64,000 bases of DNA from an uncultured bacterium (GCA_963732385.1 CAVSZB010000007.1:896001-960000), one strand, 5' to 3'; counted from the first letter of the stretch, positions 13,766 through 24,237 are shown. The notes: generated from the sequence alone by a model not told the origin. Program-made: numbers and translations.

Positions 13766-15082
13766 TCAGGCTTCGACGTAGTGCCGCAGGTAACCGTAGG
13801 TCGGCGTCAGTTCGCCGCGATGGACGATGACAGCCTTCTTGAGGTGAGGCGGCAGATTCAGCCGGGCGAAGTCGGCACTCCAGTCGGCGGCGGCCAGATC
13901 GATCACCATGCCACGCAGGGTGGCGCTGAAGTGCTGTGACGACTCCAGCGACAGCTCGCACGGCAGATTGTCCACCGCCATGATCACGGGCCCGTGCCCC
14001 TCGACACCATCCCGCACCGTGTCCTCGACCGGATCGTAGGTATAACAGGGCGAGGCGGGCTGCGTCGCGCGCAGGGTCAGCTCGATGCTGCCCTCGATGT
14101 CGCAACTGATGTCGCCGATGACCTGCAGACGGGGGCGGCGACCGGGCAGGTAGTGGGTCATGGCCCACTCCCGCGTGACGAGCCGCGGATAGCGCTCTTC
14201 CCAGTAGATCGTGTTCACCAGCACATCCAGATACGGCAGGTGCCGTTCGAAACAACCGATGTAGCGCTCGGGCCGCTTATAGTAGTCCTGGAGCTGGAAG
14301 GTCGCCTGGGGATCGGTCGGGCGCGCCATGTGCTCTTCCCTGAAGAGGACCTTCAGGAGCGCCGGTCCGTCAGCGCTGCCAGGGGTCGCCGCGGCCGGCA
14401 ATTCGTCCGGCGACACTTCCGTCAGCGGCAGGCACTCGAGGATCTCCTGGGCCCCCTGCGCCACGTTGCCGTAGCCCGCGATGCCGATCACGAGCGGACG
14501 CATCCCCTCGGGCAGGCCATGCCGCACGATCCGCGCGCCGATGTCACGCAGATGATCCTTGGCCGCCTCGAGATCGGCGTACCCGTACGCGTGCCGCACC
14601 TCGGAGAACGGGGAGGCGATGCCCCGCCATTTGAGCCGCTGGCCGAGGCACCACAAAGTCTCGATCATGCCGGCGAAGCCGGCGTGACGGCTGAAGAACA
14701 CCAGCCGGCGGTTCTGCTCGTCTGCGATCTTCTCGTAGTCGACCAGCGAACAGCCCAGTTCGAGCAGCCGCCCGAGCATCGGCATGTTGTACGGCTGTCC
14801 CTTTACGACGTGCGAAAAATAGACGTAGGCCTTGCCCGCCTGCAGCAGCCGCGCCGGAATCTCCTTGATGGCCAGGATGACGGAACAGGCGCTCAGATCC
14901 TCGCTCACGGTGAGACCGGCGGCACGGTATTCCTCGTCCGTAATCACCCGGATCGGGGAGGGCTGGATAATGAATTTCAATCCCTGTTCCCGTTCCAGCG
15001 CCACCAGATCCTGCGGAATGAGCGGCGCGCGCCGCTCCCACTCGCTCTTGTCTTCCCGACGAATACCAATCGTAACACCCAT
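13766..15082 (-). CDS. Lysine-ketoglutarate reductase (stand-alone LKR domain)
   Basis: IGIRREDKSEWERRAPL, FSHVVKGQPYNM, DYEKI, GDISCDIEGSIE, MAVDNLPCEL match the AASS N-terminal domain. Confidence 0.88.
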   Translation of the reverse strand: MGVTIGIRREDKSEWERRAPLIPQDLVALEREQGLKFIIQPSPIRVITDEEYRAAGLTVSEDLSACSVILAIKEIPARLLQAGKAYVYFSHVVKGQPYNMPMLGRLLELGCSLVDYEKIADEQNRRLVFFSRHAGFAGMIETLWCLGQRLKWRGIASPFSEVRHAYGYADLEAAKDHLRDIGARIVRHGLPEGMRPLVIGIAGYGNVAQGAQEILECLPLTEVSPDELPAAATPGSADGPALLKVLFREEHMARPTDPQATFQLQDYYKRPERYIGCFERHLPYLDVLVNTIYWEERYPRLVTREWAMTHYLPGRRPRLQVIGDISCDIEGSIELTLRATQPASPCYTYDPVEDTVRDGVEGHGPVIMAVDNLPCELSLESSQHFSATLRGMVIDLAAADWSADFARLNLPPHLKKAVIVHRGELTPTYGYLRHYVEA

Positions 15083-15159
15083 TAACGGACCTCGTGCGAT
15101 GCGCCCAAATCGTTCTGAAATCTGCAACAACAACGCTCCCATGGGGGCGAAGCCCCTCT

Positions 15160-15188
15160 AAGCTAGGCCCCCCGGCAAAGGGAGTCAA
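15160..15188 (-). promoter_or_regulatory. Sigma70-like promoter of the lysine catabolic operon
   Basis: TTGACT-N17-TAGCTT. Confidence 0.55.
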
Positions 15189-15444
15189 GGCGGGCCGGAC
15201 GGCAACCGGCGTCGATGACTTGCCTCACATTCGGGCGGGAGGATCGCCCGGATCAGGTCGCGAGATCGCGGCCGGTGATCCGCTTGAGTTTCTCGACCAT
15301 CCCCTCGAGTCGTCCCCCCGAGACGCCAGCCCCCCGGTCAGTCGGATACATGGAGGACTCCAGCAGCAGCATCGGGACCGTCCATTCCCGCGCCCGCGGC
15401 CCGCCGTTCCGGATCCTTGACAAGGGCCTGGCCGGCGGTTAGTC

Positions 15445-16119
15445 ATGCCGACTATGGTTCACACCGTGCTCGAAGCCGTCGGCGCCTGGATCATCCAGCA
15501 GATCTCGGCCCTGGGATACTGGGGCGTCATCCTGCTGATGGCCATCGAATCGGCCTGCATCCCGCTGCCGAGCGAGATCATCATGCCGTTCGCCGGCTCC
15601 CTGACCAGCGGACTCGTCAGCGAGGGGGTCGCGCGGCCGGCCGAGTTGAACCTCTGGCTCGTCGGCCTGGCCGGCGCGCTCGGCTGCCTGCTCGGTTCGA
15701 TCCTCGCGTACTGGATCGGCGTGTGGGGGGGGCGGCCTTTCGTGGAACGCTACGGCCGTTTCGTCCTGATCACACGGCACGATCTCGATCTGGCCGACCG
15801 TTTCTTCGCCCGCCACGGGCAGGCGGCCATTTTCATCAGCCGCCTGCTGCCGGTCGTGCGCACGTTCATCTCACTGCCGGCCGGCATCGCCCGCATGCCG
15901 TTCGGAACCTTCTGTCTCTACTCGTTCCTCGGCTCGGTGCCGTGGTGCCTGGCGCTGGCCTGGGTCGGTCGCGTGATGGGCGAGAACTGGCGCTCGCTGC
16001 GCGTCTGGTTCCACCGGCTCGACGCGGTGATCGGCGTGATGATCATCGTCGCGGTCGTCTGGTACGTGCGGCGCCATCTGGCGCTGCTGCGCACCGAGAA
16101 GCGCGGCCGGGCCGCCTGA
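15445..16119 (+). CDS. DedA family membrane protein
   Basis: MAIESACIPLPSEIIMPFAG, RLLPVVRTFISLPAG. Confidence 0.93.
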   Translation: MPTMVHTVLEAVGAWIIQQISALGYWGVILLMAIESACIPLPSEIIMPFAGSLTSGLVSEGVARPAELNLWLVGLAGALGCLLGSILAYWIGVWGGRPFVERYGRFVLITRHDLDLADRFFARHGQAAIFISRLLPVVRTFISLPAGIARMPFGTFCLYSFLGSVPWCLALAWVGRVMGENWRSLRVWFHRLDAVIGVMIIVAVVWYVRRHLALLRTEKRGRAA

Positions 16120-16154
16120 GCGGCGCGGCGCCCCGCTCCGGAAGCACCCCCCGT

Positions 16155-17696
16155 TCAGTTCTTCGCGTCGCGACCCACCGTGCGTTCGAGTGCATCAACC
16201 ACCGTGCGCAGCACCTTCACGCGTGCGTACGGCTTGTCCTCCGCCTCGACGATGGTCCACGGCGCGGCGGCGGTGCTGGTCTGGCGCAGCATGTCCCCCA
16301 CCGCCTCCATGTACTGCGGCCACTTCGCGCGGTTGCGCCAATCCTCCGGAACGATCTTGTAGCGCTTGTCGGGATTCTCCTCGCGCGCGCGGAAGCGGCG
16401 CAGCTGCTCCTGAGGGCTGATGTGCAGCCAGAATTTCAGGAGCACGACGCCCGCTTCGGTGAGCGCCCGCTCGAATTCGTTGATCTCGCGGTAGGCGCGG
16501 CGCCAGGCCGCCTCGCCGGCGATGCCCTCCACCCGCTCCACGAGCACCCGGCCGTACCAGGTGCGGTCGAAGACCGCGAGGTGCCCCCCCTTGGGCAGGT
16601 CGCGCCAGAAACGCCACAGGTAATGATGCGCCTTCTCCTCGGGGGTAGGGGCCGCCACCGGGATGACCGCGTAACCGCGCGGATCGAGTTCCTCGACGAG
16701 GCGTTTGATGGCGCTCCCCTTCCCCGCCGCGTCCCACCCCTCGAACGCCACGATCGTCGACTGGCGGCGCGCGTAGCAGGCGAATTCCAGTTCGCGCAGC
16801 CGCGCCTGCGCCGCGGCCAGTTCGCGCTGGGCATCGGCCCTGGCCAGGCGCAGTGACAGGTCGGCGCGCGCCAGCGGCGAATCGGGCGGAATGGCGAAGC
16901 CGGGCGACAGCGTGTCGGGGGTCGGCGTGACCGGCGCCGCCGCTGCGGCCTGGTCCGGCGCGGCGGGATCCGCCACCGTCACGCCCCGCGCAGCCAGCCC
17001 GCGACGCAACGCGTCGGCCGCCCCGCGCATCACCCCGACCCGCCGCCACTGGTCGTCGTCCGCCTCCACCAGCACCCAGGGCGCCTCGGACACTTGCGTG
17101 CGCGCCAGCACCTCCTCGACCACGCGCAGCGTCTCTTTCCAACCGTGCTCGCGTCGCCCGCGCGCCAGCTCGGCGCGCCAGCGCTGGTGCTCGTCCTTCG
17201 CCCACGCCTTGACCCGGCGCTTCTGCTCCTGGCGGCTGACGTGCAGCCAGAACTTCACCACGACCGTGCCGTCGGCGACGAGTTGCTGCTCGAATTCGCG
17301 CGTCTGCGCCAGCGCGCGTTCCCAGGCGGCGTCGTCGAGCGCGCCGTCGAGCCGCCGCTGCACCAGTTCGCTGTGCCAGGAACGATCGAACAGGGCCAGC
17401 TCCCCGCGCAGGGGTGTGCGCAGCCAGAATCGCCACCACATCGGCCGCAGCGACTCCTCCTCGGACGGCTCCCGCGGCGCGTAGACCTGGAATCCGCGCG
17501 GATCGAGCCACTCCACGAGGTGCGCCAGCGAGTCTCCCTTGCCGGCGCCGTCCATCCCCTCGAAAACGAAGAGGGCCGGCAGCCCGTGCACGAACGCCGC
17601 GCGCTGCAGGCGGGCCAGCTCCTCGCCGAGCCGTTTGCGCTCCACTTTGGCGATTTCGGGGTCGAGCTTCCGGGTGAGGTCGAGGATCTCGAGCAT
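16155..17696 (-). CDS. Polyphosphate:AMP phosphotransferase (two-domain PPK2)
   Basis: Two PPK2 domains: FEGMDGAGKG..LDPRG..FDRSW and FEGWDAAGKG..LDPRG..FDRTWYGRVLVERVEG. Confidence 0.9.
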   Translation of the reverse strand: MLEILDLTRKLDPEIAKVERKRLGEELARLQRAAFVHGLPALFVFEGMDGAGKGDSLAHLVEWLDPRGFQVYAPREPSEEESLRPMWWRFWLRTPLRGELALFDRSWHSELVQRRLDGALDDAAWERALAQTREFEQQLVADGTVVVKFWLHVSRQEQKRRVKAWAKDEHQRWRAELARGRREHGWKETLRVVEEVLARTQVSEAPWVLVEADDDQWRRVGVMRGAADALRRGLAARGVTVADPAAPDQAAAAAPVTPTPDTLSPGFAIPPDSPLARADLSLRLARADAQRELAAAQARLRELEFACYARRQSTIVAFEGWDAAGKGSAIKRLVEELDPRGYAVIPVAAPTPEEKAHHYLWRFWRDLPKGGHLAVFDRTWYGRVLVERVEGIAGEAAWRRAYREINEFERALTEAGVVLLKFWLHISPQEQLRRFRAREENPDKRYKIVPEDWRNRAKWPQYMEAVGDMLRQTSTAAAPWTIVEAEDKPYARVKVLRTVVDALERTVGRDAKN

Positions 17697-17925
17697 GCTG
17701 CGCCTTCCGTCGACTCCCGCGCCCCGGGGGACGCCTCCCGTCGATCCGGGAGCGGACCGACCGGCGGAGGCTAGCACGCCGACCGTCACGGGGAAACCGC
17801 GCGCTCGGCGCGGCGGCCGCGCCCCGCACTCACGGTCTGGCATCCTCCCGGCGCAAATGTTATTGTGCCGCGACCGTAAGCTCCCAGCCCCCGGCCCACC
17901 CCACAAGAGGCTCACAGGCGAGATA

Positions 17926-20088
17926 ATGAAGAAAATCACCGGGTTGGTCAGCCTTCTGTTTTTTCTGAGCGGGGCCAGCGGTCTGATCAGCGAACTGGTC
18001 TGGATCAAGCTGCTGGGCCAGCTCCTGGGCGGAACCACCTTTGCCATCAGCGCCGTTCTCGCGGCGTTCATGGGCGGCCTCGCCCTGGGCAGCTGGCGGT
18101 TCGGCCCCCGCGCCGACCGCGATCCGCGGCCGCTACGCCTCTATGCCCGGCTCGAGCTCGCGGTCGCGGCCACCTCGCTGGCGGTGCCGCTGCTGCTGGT
18201 GGCCGTCCGGCCGCTCTACGTCGTGCTCGCCCGCGCCGTGCCGGAGCCTGGCACGAGCCTGGTGCGCATCCTCGTGGCTGCGGCCCTCGTGCTCCCGCCG
18301 ACCTTTTTCATGGGCGGCACCCTGCCGGTGCTCGGACGCTTCCTGGTGCGGCGTGGCGACCGGCTCGGACGCGGGCTCGGCCTGCTCTACGCTGTCAACA
18401 CGCTGGGGGCGGTGGCGGGAGCGTTCCTGACCGGCTTCCTGCTGATCCCGGCCCTCGGCCTGCTGCCGTGCGTGGCGCTCGCGGTGGCCGGCAACCTCGT
18501 GGCGGGCGGCGCCGGCCTCCTGCTGGCGCGCAGCCTGGGCGACGCGGGCCCGACCGACAGGACCGGCGACACGACCGACGGCGCGGCTGGTGTCGTCCCG
18601 AGCGCGCGCGGGGAGACACCGGTCACGACCGCGCCCGAACTGGACCTCCGCCTGCTCGCCGGCGTATTCGCGCTGACCGGCTTCGCCGCCCTCGGCTGCG
18701 AGCTGTACTGGACGCGCGCCCTGCACCACTTCCTGGGCAACACCACTTACGCTTTCAGCGCGATGCTCACCACTTATCTCTTCGGGCTCGCCGCGGGCGG
18801 CTGGGTCGGCGGCCGCCTCGCGGACCGGGCAGCCTCGCCCGCGCGCCTGCTCGGCTGGACCCTGCTCGCATCCGCAGCGGCGTTCCTGGCCTCCGTCCCG
18901 CTGATCTGGAACTGGCTGCCGACAATCGACGGCTCCGCCTGGCTCAGCGCGCCGCAGCAGAGCTGGCACAGCTACCTGCTGAAACGCTTCCTGGCGAGCG
19001 CCGCCGTGATGGTCGTGCCGACCCTGCTGTCGGGCATGACGTTCCCCCTGGTGAACCGGATCGGCATCGCCTCGCTGTCACGCCTCGGCCAGGGCGTGGG
19101 CCGGCTCTACGCCGCCAACACCGCCGGCGCCATCGCCGGCTCGCTCGCCGCCGGTTTCCTCGTGCTGCCGCTGCTGGGCGCGCGGCGGGCGCTGCTGGTG
19201 ACGGCGCTGCTGAGCGGCGCGGCCGGCGTGACGGTGCTGGTCGCGGCGCGCCGCCGTCGCGGCGGGATCGTGGTCTGGCCGGCCCTGGCCGTGCTGGCGG
19301 CGCTGGTCCTGCTGGCGCCAACGCTCGACCGGCGGGCGCGCGTCATCCTGAGCGACTCCCAGGCCTCCGGCGACACGGTGCTGTTCAGCCGCGAGGATCC
19401 CACCGCCGAAACCCGCGTCTACCGCAAGCCCAACGGCGAACTGCACATGAGCGTCGATGGCCGCCACATCGGCGGCACCGAGCCCGGCATCGTGCGCAAG
19501 GAGAAGATCCTCGCGCATCTGCCGGTGGCGCTGACGCCGCGCGCCCGCAACGTGCTGGCGGTGGGGCTGGGCAGCGGCATCACGCTCGGCGCGCTCGGCC
19601 TGTACGACGAGGTGGAGCAGCTTGCCTGCGTGGAGATCGTCCCCTCGGTGGTCGAGGGGGCCCGCCTGTTCGCGACGGCGAACCACGACGTGCTGGCCGA
19701 CCCGCGCCTGCGCCTGATCGTCGGCGACGGCGTGCAGTTCCTGCTGACCACCCGCGAACGCTTCGACGTGATCAGCAGCGACTCGAAGCTCAACCCGGAA
19801 TTCGTCGGCAACTCCGCGATCCTCGCGCGCGAATACTACGAGCTGTGTCGCGACCGGCTGACGGAGCGGGGCGTGATGATCCAGTGGACGGTCACGCACC
19901 TGCCGAACGCGGAAACGCGCATCGTCACGCGCACTTTCATCGAGGTCTTCCCGTACGTGGAATTGTTCTGGATCGATCCGAGCAACGTGATCCTGGTCGG
20001 CAGCCGCGCCCCGATCGCGCTCGACGCGGACCGCTGGGCCGAGCGTGGACGGAGGCCTGTCGATTGCCACACGCGATGCGCACCCTGA
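17926..20088 (+). CDS. Fused MFS-like membrane domain / spermidine synthase-like protein (possibly C-terminally truncated)
   Basis: FFLSGASGLISELVW, YAVNTLGAVAG, VGLGSGIT, VEIVP, GDGVQFL motifs. Confidence 0.85.
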   Translation: MKKITGLVSLLFFLSGASGLISELVWIKLLGQLLGGTTFAISAVLAAFMGGLALGSWRFGPRADRDPRPLRLYARLELAVAATSLAVPLLLVAVRPLYVVLARAVPEPGTSLVRILVAAALVLPPTFFMGGTLPVLGRFLVRRGDRLGRGLGLLYAVNTLGAVAGAFLTGFLLIPALGLLPCVALAVAGNLVAGGAGLLLARSLGDAGPTDRTGDTTDGAAGVVPSARGETPVTTAPELDLRLLAGVFALTGFAALGCELYWTRALHHFLGNTTYAFSAMLTTYLFGLAAGGWVGGRLADRAASPARLLGWTLLASAAAFLASVPLIWNWLPTIDGSAWLSAPQQSWHSYLLKRFLASAAVMVVPTLLSGMTFPLVNRIGIASLSRLGQGVGRLYAANTAGAIAGSLAAGFLVLPLLGARRALLVTALLSGAAGVTVLVAARRRRGGIVVWPALAVLAALVLLAPTLDRRARVILSDSQASGDTVLFSREDPTAETRVYRKPNGELHMSVDGRHIGGTEPGIVRKEKILAHLPVALTPRARNVLAVGLGSGITLGALGLYDEVEQLACVEIVPSVVEGARLFATANHDVLADPRLRLIVGDGVQFLLTTRERFDVISSDSKLNPEFVGNSAILAREYYELCRDRLTERGVMIQWTVTHLPNAETRIVTRTFIEVFPYVELFWIDPSNVILVGSRAPIALDADRWAERGRRPVDCHTRCAP

Positions 20089-20124
20089 CCAAGCCGAACG
20101 CCATGCCTCACGGTCGCCGAACCG

Positions 20125-20913
20125 TCAGCCGACCATCAGGACCTCGCCCGCCTCGTGCTGGCCCGCCACGCCCAGTCGCAGCGGCGGCCGCCGGCCAAGC
20201 CGCGCCTCCAGCCGCGCCCACACCGTCGCCACAGCCAGCGCGGGGTCGTTGTTCGTGCCGCTGAGGTGGCCGAGCGTGACCCGGCGCAACCGCGGACTGA
20301 GCGGCACGATCCGCGCCAGCAGGTCGCCGCACTGCGTGTTGCTCAGGTGGCCCCGCGACCCCGCGATGCGCCGCTTCAGGAACGGCGGGTACGGCCCGTC
20401 GCGCAGCAGGCCCTCGTCGTGATTGGCCTCGACCAGCAGATAGTCGAGGTCGCTCAGCGCCCGGTCCGGCAGGTCGTCCGCATCGCCCAGATCGGTCAGG
20501 ATGAGCGCCGTCGCCCCGCCCCCTGCGATCCGGTACGCGACCGCCTCGTTCGCATCGTGCGGCACCGCCACCGCGGTGATCGTCAGCCCGGCGGCCGCGA
20601 AAGGCGCCCCGACCACCACCCGCCGTCCGACCGTCCCCGTCAGGTGACCGCTGCCGCGCAGGGTGCCCCGCGTCATGTGCAGCGTGGCCTGGTGTCCGGC
20701 CACGAACGACCCGAGCCCGGCGATGTGGTCGTGATGTTCATGCGTGACCAGCACCGCGGCGATGCATCGCGCCTCGATCCCGCGCGCGGCCAGCCGTTGC
20801 GCAAGCATCCGCCCGCTGAGCCCGCAATCGACCAGCAGCGCAGCGCCGTCCGCCTCCACCCAGGTGGCATTGCCACGGCTTCCGCTGGCGAGATGGCAGA
20901 CCCGCAGGGACAC
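20125..20913 (-). CDS. MBL-fold metallo-hydrolase (YycJ/WalJ-like)
   Basis: LASGSRGNA, THEHHDH, VPHDA, EANHD, GPYP, GHLSN, HLSGTNN. Confidence 0.9.
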   Translation of the reverse strand: MSLRVCHLASGSRGNATWVEADGAALLVDCGLSGRMLAQRLAARGIEARCIAAVLVTHEHHDHIAGLGSFVAGHQATLHMTRGTLRGSGHLTGTVGRRVVVGAPFAAAGLTITAVAVPHDANEAVAYRIAGGGATALILTDLGDADDLPDRALSDLDYLLVEANHDEGLLRDGPYPPFLKRRIAGSRGHLSNTQCGDLLARIVPLSPRLRRVTLGHLSGTNNDPALAVATVWARLEARLGRRPPLRLGVAGQHEAGEVLMVG

Positions 20914-21297
20914 GGTTCCTCCTGCAATACGAGGGGCCGGGCAGCTTCGGAGCCCACGCCGATAATGCTCTAACTTACGCCATTACAGGATATTTCGCGC
21001 AAGATTTCAAGTCCCATGCGAACCACTTCGAGACACGGAAACCGGCCAACGCCCGCGATTCTCGGGCCTGCCTGCCCGCGACCCGCCGCGCCGGATCGCT
21101 CGTCGCAGCCGGCGTGGCCACGTTTGACCCGCGAAAGTGGCCAAACGGCATTGACCTGCGGGCAGCCAGAGGTCATGTTTTGACCCGCGTGCTTCGGCAC
21201 CCGCGGTTGCGGGCGCGACGGTGCGTCGAGCGAGCCACGCGGACCGTCGCCTGCAGGCGCCGGTCTCTTACGCCAGATGTGGAGCGGAGGAAGCGTC

Positions 21298-21909
21298 ATG
21301 TGCGCAGTTCAGGTCGGGCCCGGCATCTACGCCTTCGAGCCCGGCGACGTCCGTCCCGAGGCCCTGCTGTTCGAGTACACCGTGGAGAGCCATGATGGCA
21401 GCGCCGACGGCGCGGCTTACTACTGCATCTGTGGCAACGTCTCGGAAGTGGCCGGCACCTGCGCCGAAATCCTGCGCGCCCAGCTCGAGACCGGCATCAC
21501 CGAAGAGGAGTCCTACGCCGACTATCTGCGCGGCGGCGCCTACACCGGCGCCAACGCCAGCGCCAACGCCGCCCCCAGCCCCGGCCAGAGCCCCGACGCG
21601 GCCCTGATCGACCGCTGGATCACCTGGCAGTCCGAGCGCCTGACGGGGCTCCACCTGACCTACCTGCGCTCGCAGAGCCCCGCCATCCTGGCCGGCGTGG
21701 TGGAGATCATCCGCCAGTACAACTTCGGCGAAGTGAGCTTTATCGAAGCCCTCGGCTCGTATGTCGACGACAGCCAGGAATACCTGCTCGACCGCCTCGC
21801 CGCGATGCGCGCCACCAATGGCGCCGCCTCCGACAAGTGCAAGCTTGCCCTCCCCACCGACGCCGCGCTGCTGGCGGAGCTGTTCACATTCCTGAACGAG
21901 CGGAACTGA
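21298..21909 (+). CDS. Hypothetical protein
   Basis: GGAGG RBS before ATG 21298, GC3-rich codons, no recognised motif. Confidence 0.7.
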   Translation: MCAVQVGPGIYAFEPGDVRPEALLFEYTVESHDGSADGAAYYCICGNVSEVAGTCAEILRAQLETGITEEESYADYLRGGAYTGANASANAAPSPGQSPDAALIDRWITWQSERLTGLHLTYLRSQSPAILAGVVEIIRQYNFGEVSFIEALGSYVDDSQEYLLDRLAAMRATNGAASDKCKLALPTDAALLAELFTFLNERN

Positions 21910-21942
21910 CCGGACGGGAATATTGGCGGGCGCCGGACGCGG

Positions 21943-24237
21943 CTATTTGAGCAACGTGATCCTGCGCCCGTCCCGCCCGAGCTCCCCCTCGACCCGCACC
22001 AAATAGCTGCCCGACGCGACCGCCGCCCCCTGTGCGTCGAGCCCGCGCCAGACCAACTCCTGCCGCCCCGCCCCGAACGTCTCGTCCGCGAGCGTCGCCA
22101 CGCGCCGTCCGCCGAGGTCGTACACCGTCACCCGCGCCCGCTGCGGACGCGCGAGCACGAACGGGATGCGCACGACCGGGTTGAACGGGTTGGGGTGGGG
22201 GGCGAGCAGCGCCACGGAACGCGACGGTGCAGGGTCGGTCGTGGGCAGGTCGACCGGTAGCGACGACGCGCAGGCCAGCGACAGCACGCGCAGATCGCTC
22301 GCGTCGGCATGCAGGAGCCCGCCCTCGCAGGCATCCAGCGTCCCGTTCCAGGTGAGCGGCCAGACCGTGCCGACGACCGCGAGCCGCGTGGGGTCGGCGA
22401 TGTCCACGACCTGTACGGCATCGAGTTGACCGCCCACATAGAGTCGTGTCCCGACCGCGACTTTGAATTGGGCCGAGCCGGGCAAGGGTATCCTGCCCAG
22501 CACGAGGGGGGCCGAGGGATCCGCGATTCCGATTGCGATGAGTCCGTGTGGGTCCGGCCACCAGGTGCTGCAGTACGCCACCTGCCCGGTGATCAGCACG
22601 GGGCCCGACATCTCCTCGCCCGGCGCGATCGCGCCCAGCGTGACCGGGCGCCACGGGTCGGTCACGTCGAACGTCAACAGCGAGTCCCCGCGCACGACGC
22701 ACGCCACGTCGCCGGAGCGGACCAGATCGCCATTCTGCAGGGCCGCGGGCAGGGGACCGAGGAGAACCGGCGCCCCCGGATCGCGGATGTCCACGAGGCT
22801 CCATCCGTAGGGGGTCTGTACTCCGGACCCCACCAGCACATGATCGCCCCAGACCTGCAGCTCCTTCCAGTTCTGTTCATTGTTTGGGGGAAGCAGGCGG
22901 ACCGTTCCGAGCACCACCGGCCCCGCCGGCGCGGAGACATCGACGACCGTCAGGTCGCCGGCCTGGATCAGCAGGAGGTTGCCCGACTTAGCGAGGCGGC
23001 CGCTGCCCACGTAGGGAATGGCGATGTTCGCCATGACGACGGGCTGAGCCGCCGTGCCCAAGTCGAGGACGACCAGCCTGCTCTCCTGGATTTCGCGGTC
23101 GTTGGCGTTGGCGAAGAGGCAGTACGCAAGCTGTCCGTCGCCAAGTACATCTTCCAGATACCGGCTCGCGAGCAGATCCGCCGGTTTCGGCCAGACACCC
23201 AGCGGCGCCGGCGCGGCCTGCCCGCCGACCCGCCAGGTCTCGATCACGGTGCCGTCGTACTCCTCGGTGAAGGCCATGCGCGCCAGTCCGTCCCGGAGGC
23301 TCGCCCCCGTTGTGAACGCACCGTTGGGACTCCCGCCATGGACGAGGAGGCGCGGCTGCGCCGGCGTCGCCACATCACACAGCCAGAAGTCAAAGTTGGC
23401 GGTGGCGAGCACCGTGCCGCCATCGATGGCGAGTTCGTCGCCCCCAACGCCCTCCAACTGGCCTAGCAGTTGCGGTGATACCGGGTCCGTCAGGTCGAAA
23501 AGCGCCAGGCGATATCCACTCGTGAAGAGACGCCCGGCAGCGATGGCCACGGCGTGGACGTCACCGAGGCCTGCCCGCCGGGCCACGATCTCCGGCCGCG
23601 ACGGCACGGCCAGATCCACGATCACCACGCCGTCACCCGTGCCCACGTACGCCACGCCATCCGCCAGCGCGACGTCATAGCCGCACTCGCCCAGTCCCAG
23701 ACTCCCGACGGTCACGGGCGTCTCGGGAAGTGCGAGGCTCAGGACGCGCAGCGAATCATCCTCGAGCCTCAGCAGCAGATCACCGTCAGTGGCGAGATGA
23801 CTGCCCAACGGCAGGAGCAGCTCGCGCACCACCGCCGGCGCCGTCGGTTCCGCCAGCGAGATCACCTGGAGCGATTGTAAGCCGCCCGCATAGGCGCGCC
23901 GTCCCCGCGCCACGATGTCGTACCGCTGTCCCTCCTGCCCCAGGTCCACGCCGCCGATCTCGACCAGGCGCTCCGGATCGAGCGCGTCGAGGACGCGAAG
24001 CCGATCGTTCGTGTCGTCCGCAACGAACAGGAGCGTGTCCCCCTCGCCCAACCACGTCAGGCCGCGAAGCGTCGCCTCGCTCGACGCGCAGGCCCCTCCC
24101 CACCACCGGCTCGCGATGCAGCGCGGGGCGTCGGTGTAATCGAAGCACGTCTGCGCGTGGGCCGCCGCCGTGAACACCGCCGGCAACGTGGCGATGACGG
24201 CCACGCACGCCGCGTACAGACCCCGTGCTCCGTGCAT
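21943..24237 (-). CDS. Secreted LVIVD-repeat protein with C-terminal FlgD-Ig-like domain
   Basis: Signal peptide, VVDIADP-type repeats, PNPFNP..YDLGGRRV..WRGLD..SGSY C-terminus. Confidence 0.85.
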   Translation of the reverse strand: MHGARGLYAACVAVIATLPAVFTAAAHAQTCFDYTDAPRCIASRWWGGACASSEATLRGLTWLGEGDTLLFVADDTNDRLRVLDALDPERLVEIGGVDLGQEGQRYDIVARGRRAYAGGLQSLQVISLAEPTAPAVVRELLLPLGSHLATDGDLLLRLEDDSLRVLSLALPETPVTVGSLGLGECGYDVALADGVAYVGTGDGVVIVDLAVPSRPEIVARRAGLGDVHAVAIAAGRLFTSGYRLALFDLTDPVSPQLLGQLEGVGGDELAIDGGTVLATANFDFWLCDVATPAQPRLLVHGGSPNGAFTTGASLRDGLARMAFTEEYDGTVIETWRVGGQAAPAPLGVWPKPADLLASRYLEDVLGDGQLAYCLFANANDREIQESRLVVLDLGTAAQPVVMANIAIPYVGSGRLAKSGNLLLIQAGDLTVVDVSAPAGPVVLGTVRLLPPNNEQNWKELQVWGDHVLVGSGVQTPYGWSLVDIRDPGAPVLLGPLPAALQNGDLVRSGDVACVVRGDSLLTFDVTDPWRPVTLGAIAPGEEMSGPVLITGQVAYCSTWWPDPHGLIAIGIADPSAPLVLGRIPLPGSAQFKVAVGTRLYVGGQLDAVQVVDIADPTRLAVVGTVWPLTWNGTLDACEGGLLHADASDLRVLSLACASSLPVDLPTTDPAPSRSVALLAPHPNPFNPVVRIPFVLARPQRARVTVYDLGGRRVATLADETFGAGRQELVWRGLDAQGAAVASGSYLVRVEGELGRDGRRITLLK

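Noticed and set aside
15083..15160. Lysine riboswitch in the LKR leader (begins AGAGG)
   Set aside because: The leader is only about 75 nt with one small hairpin, too short for an L-box
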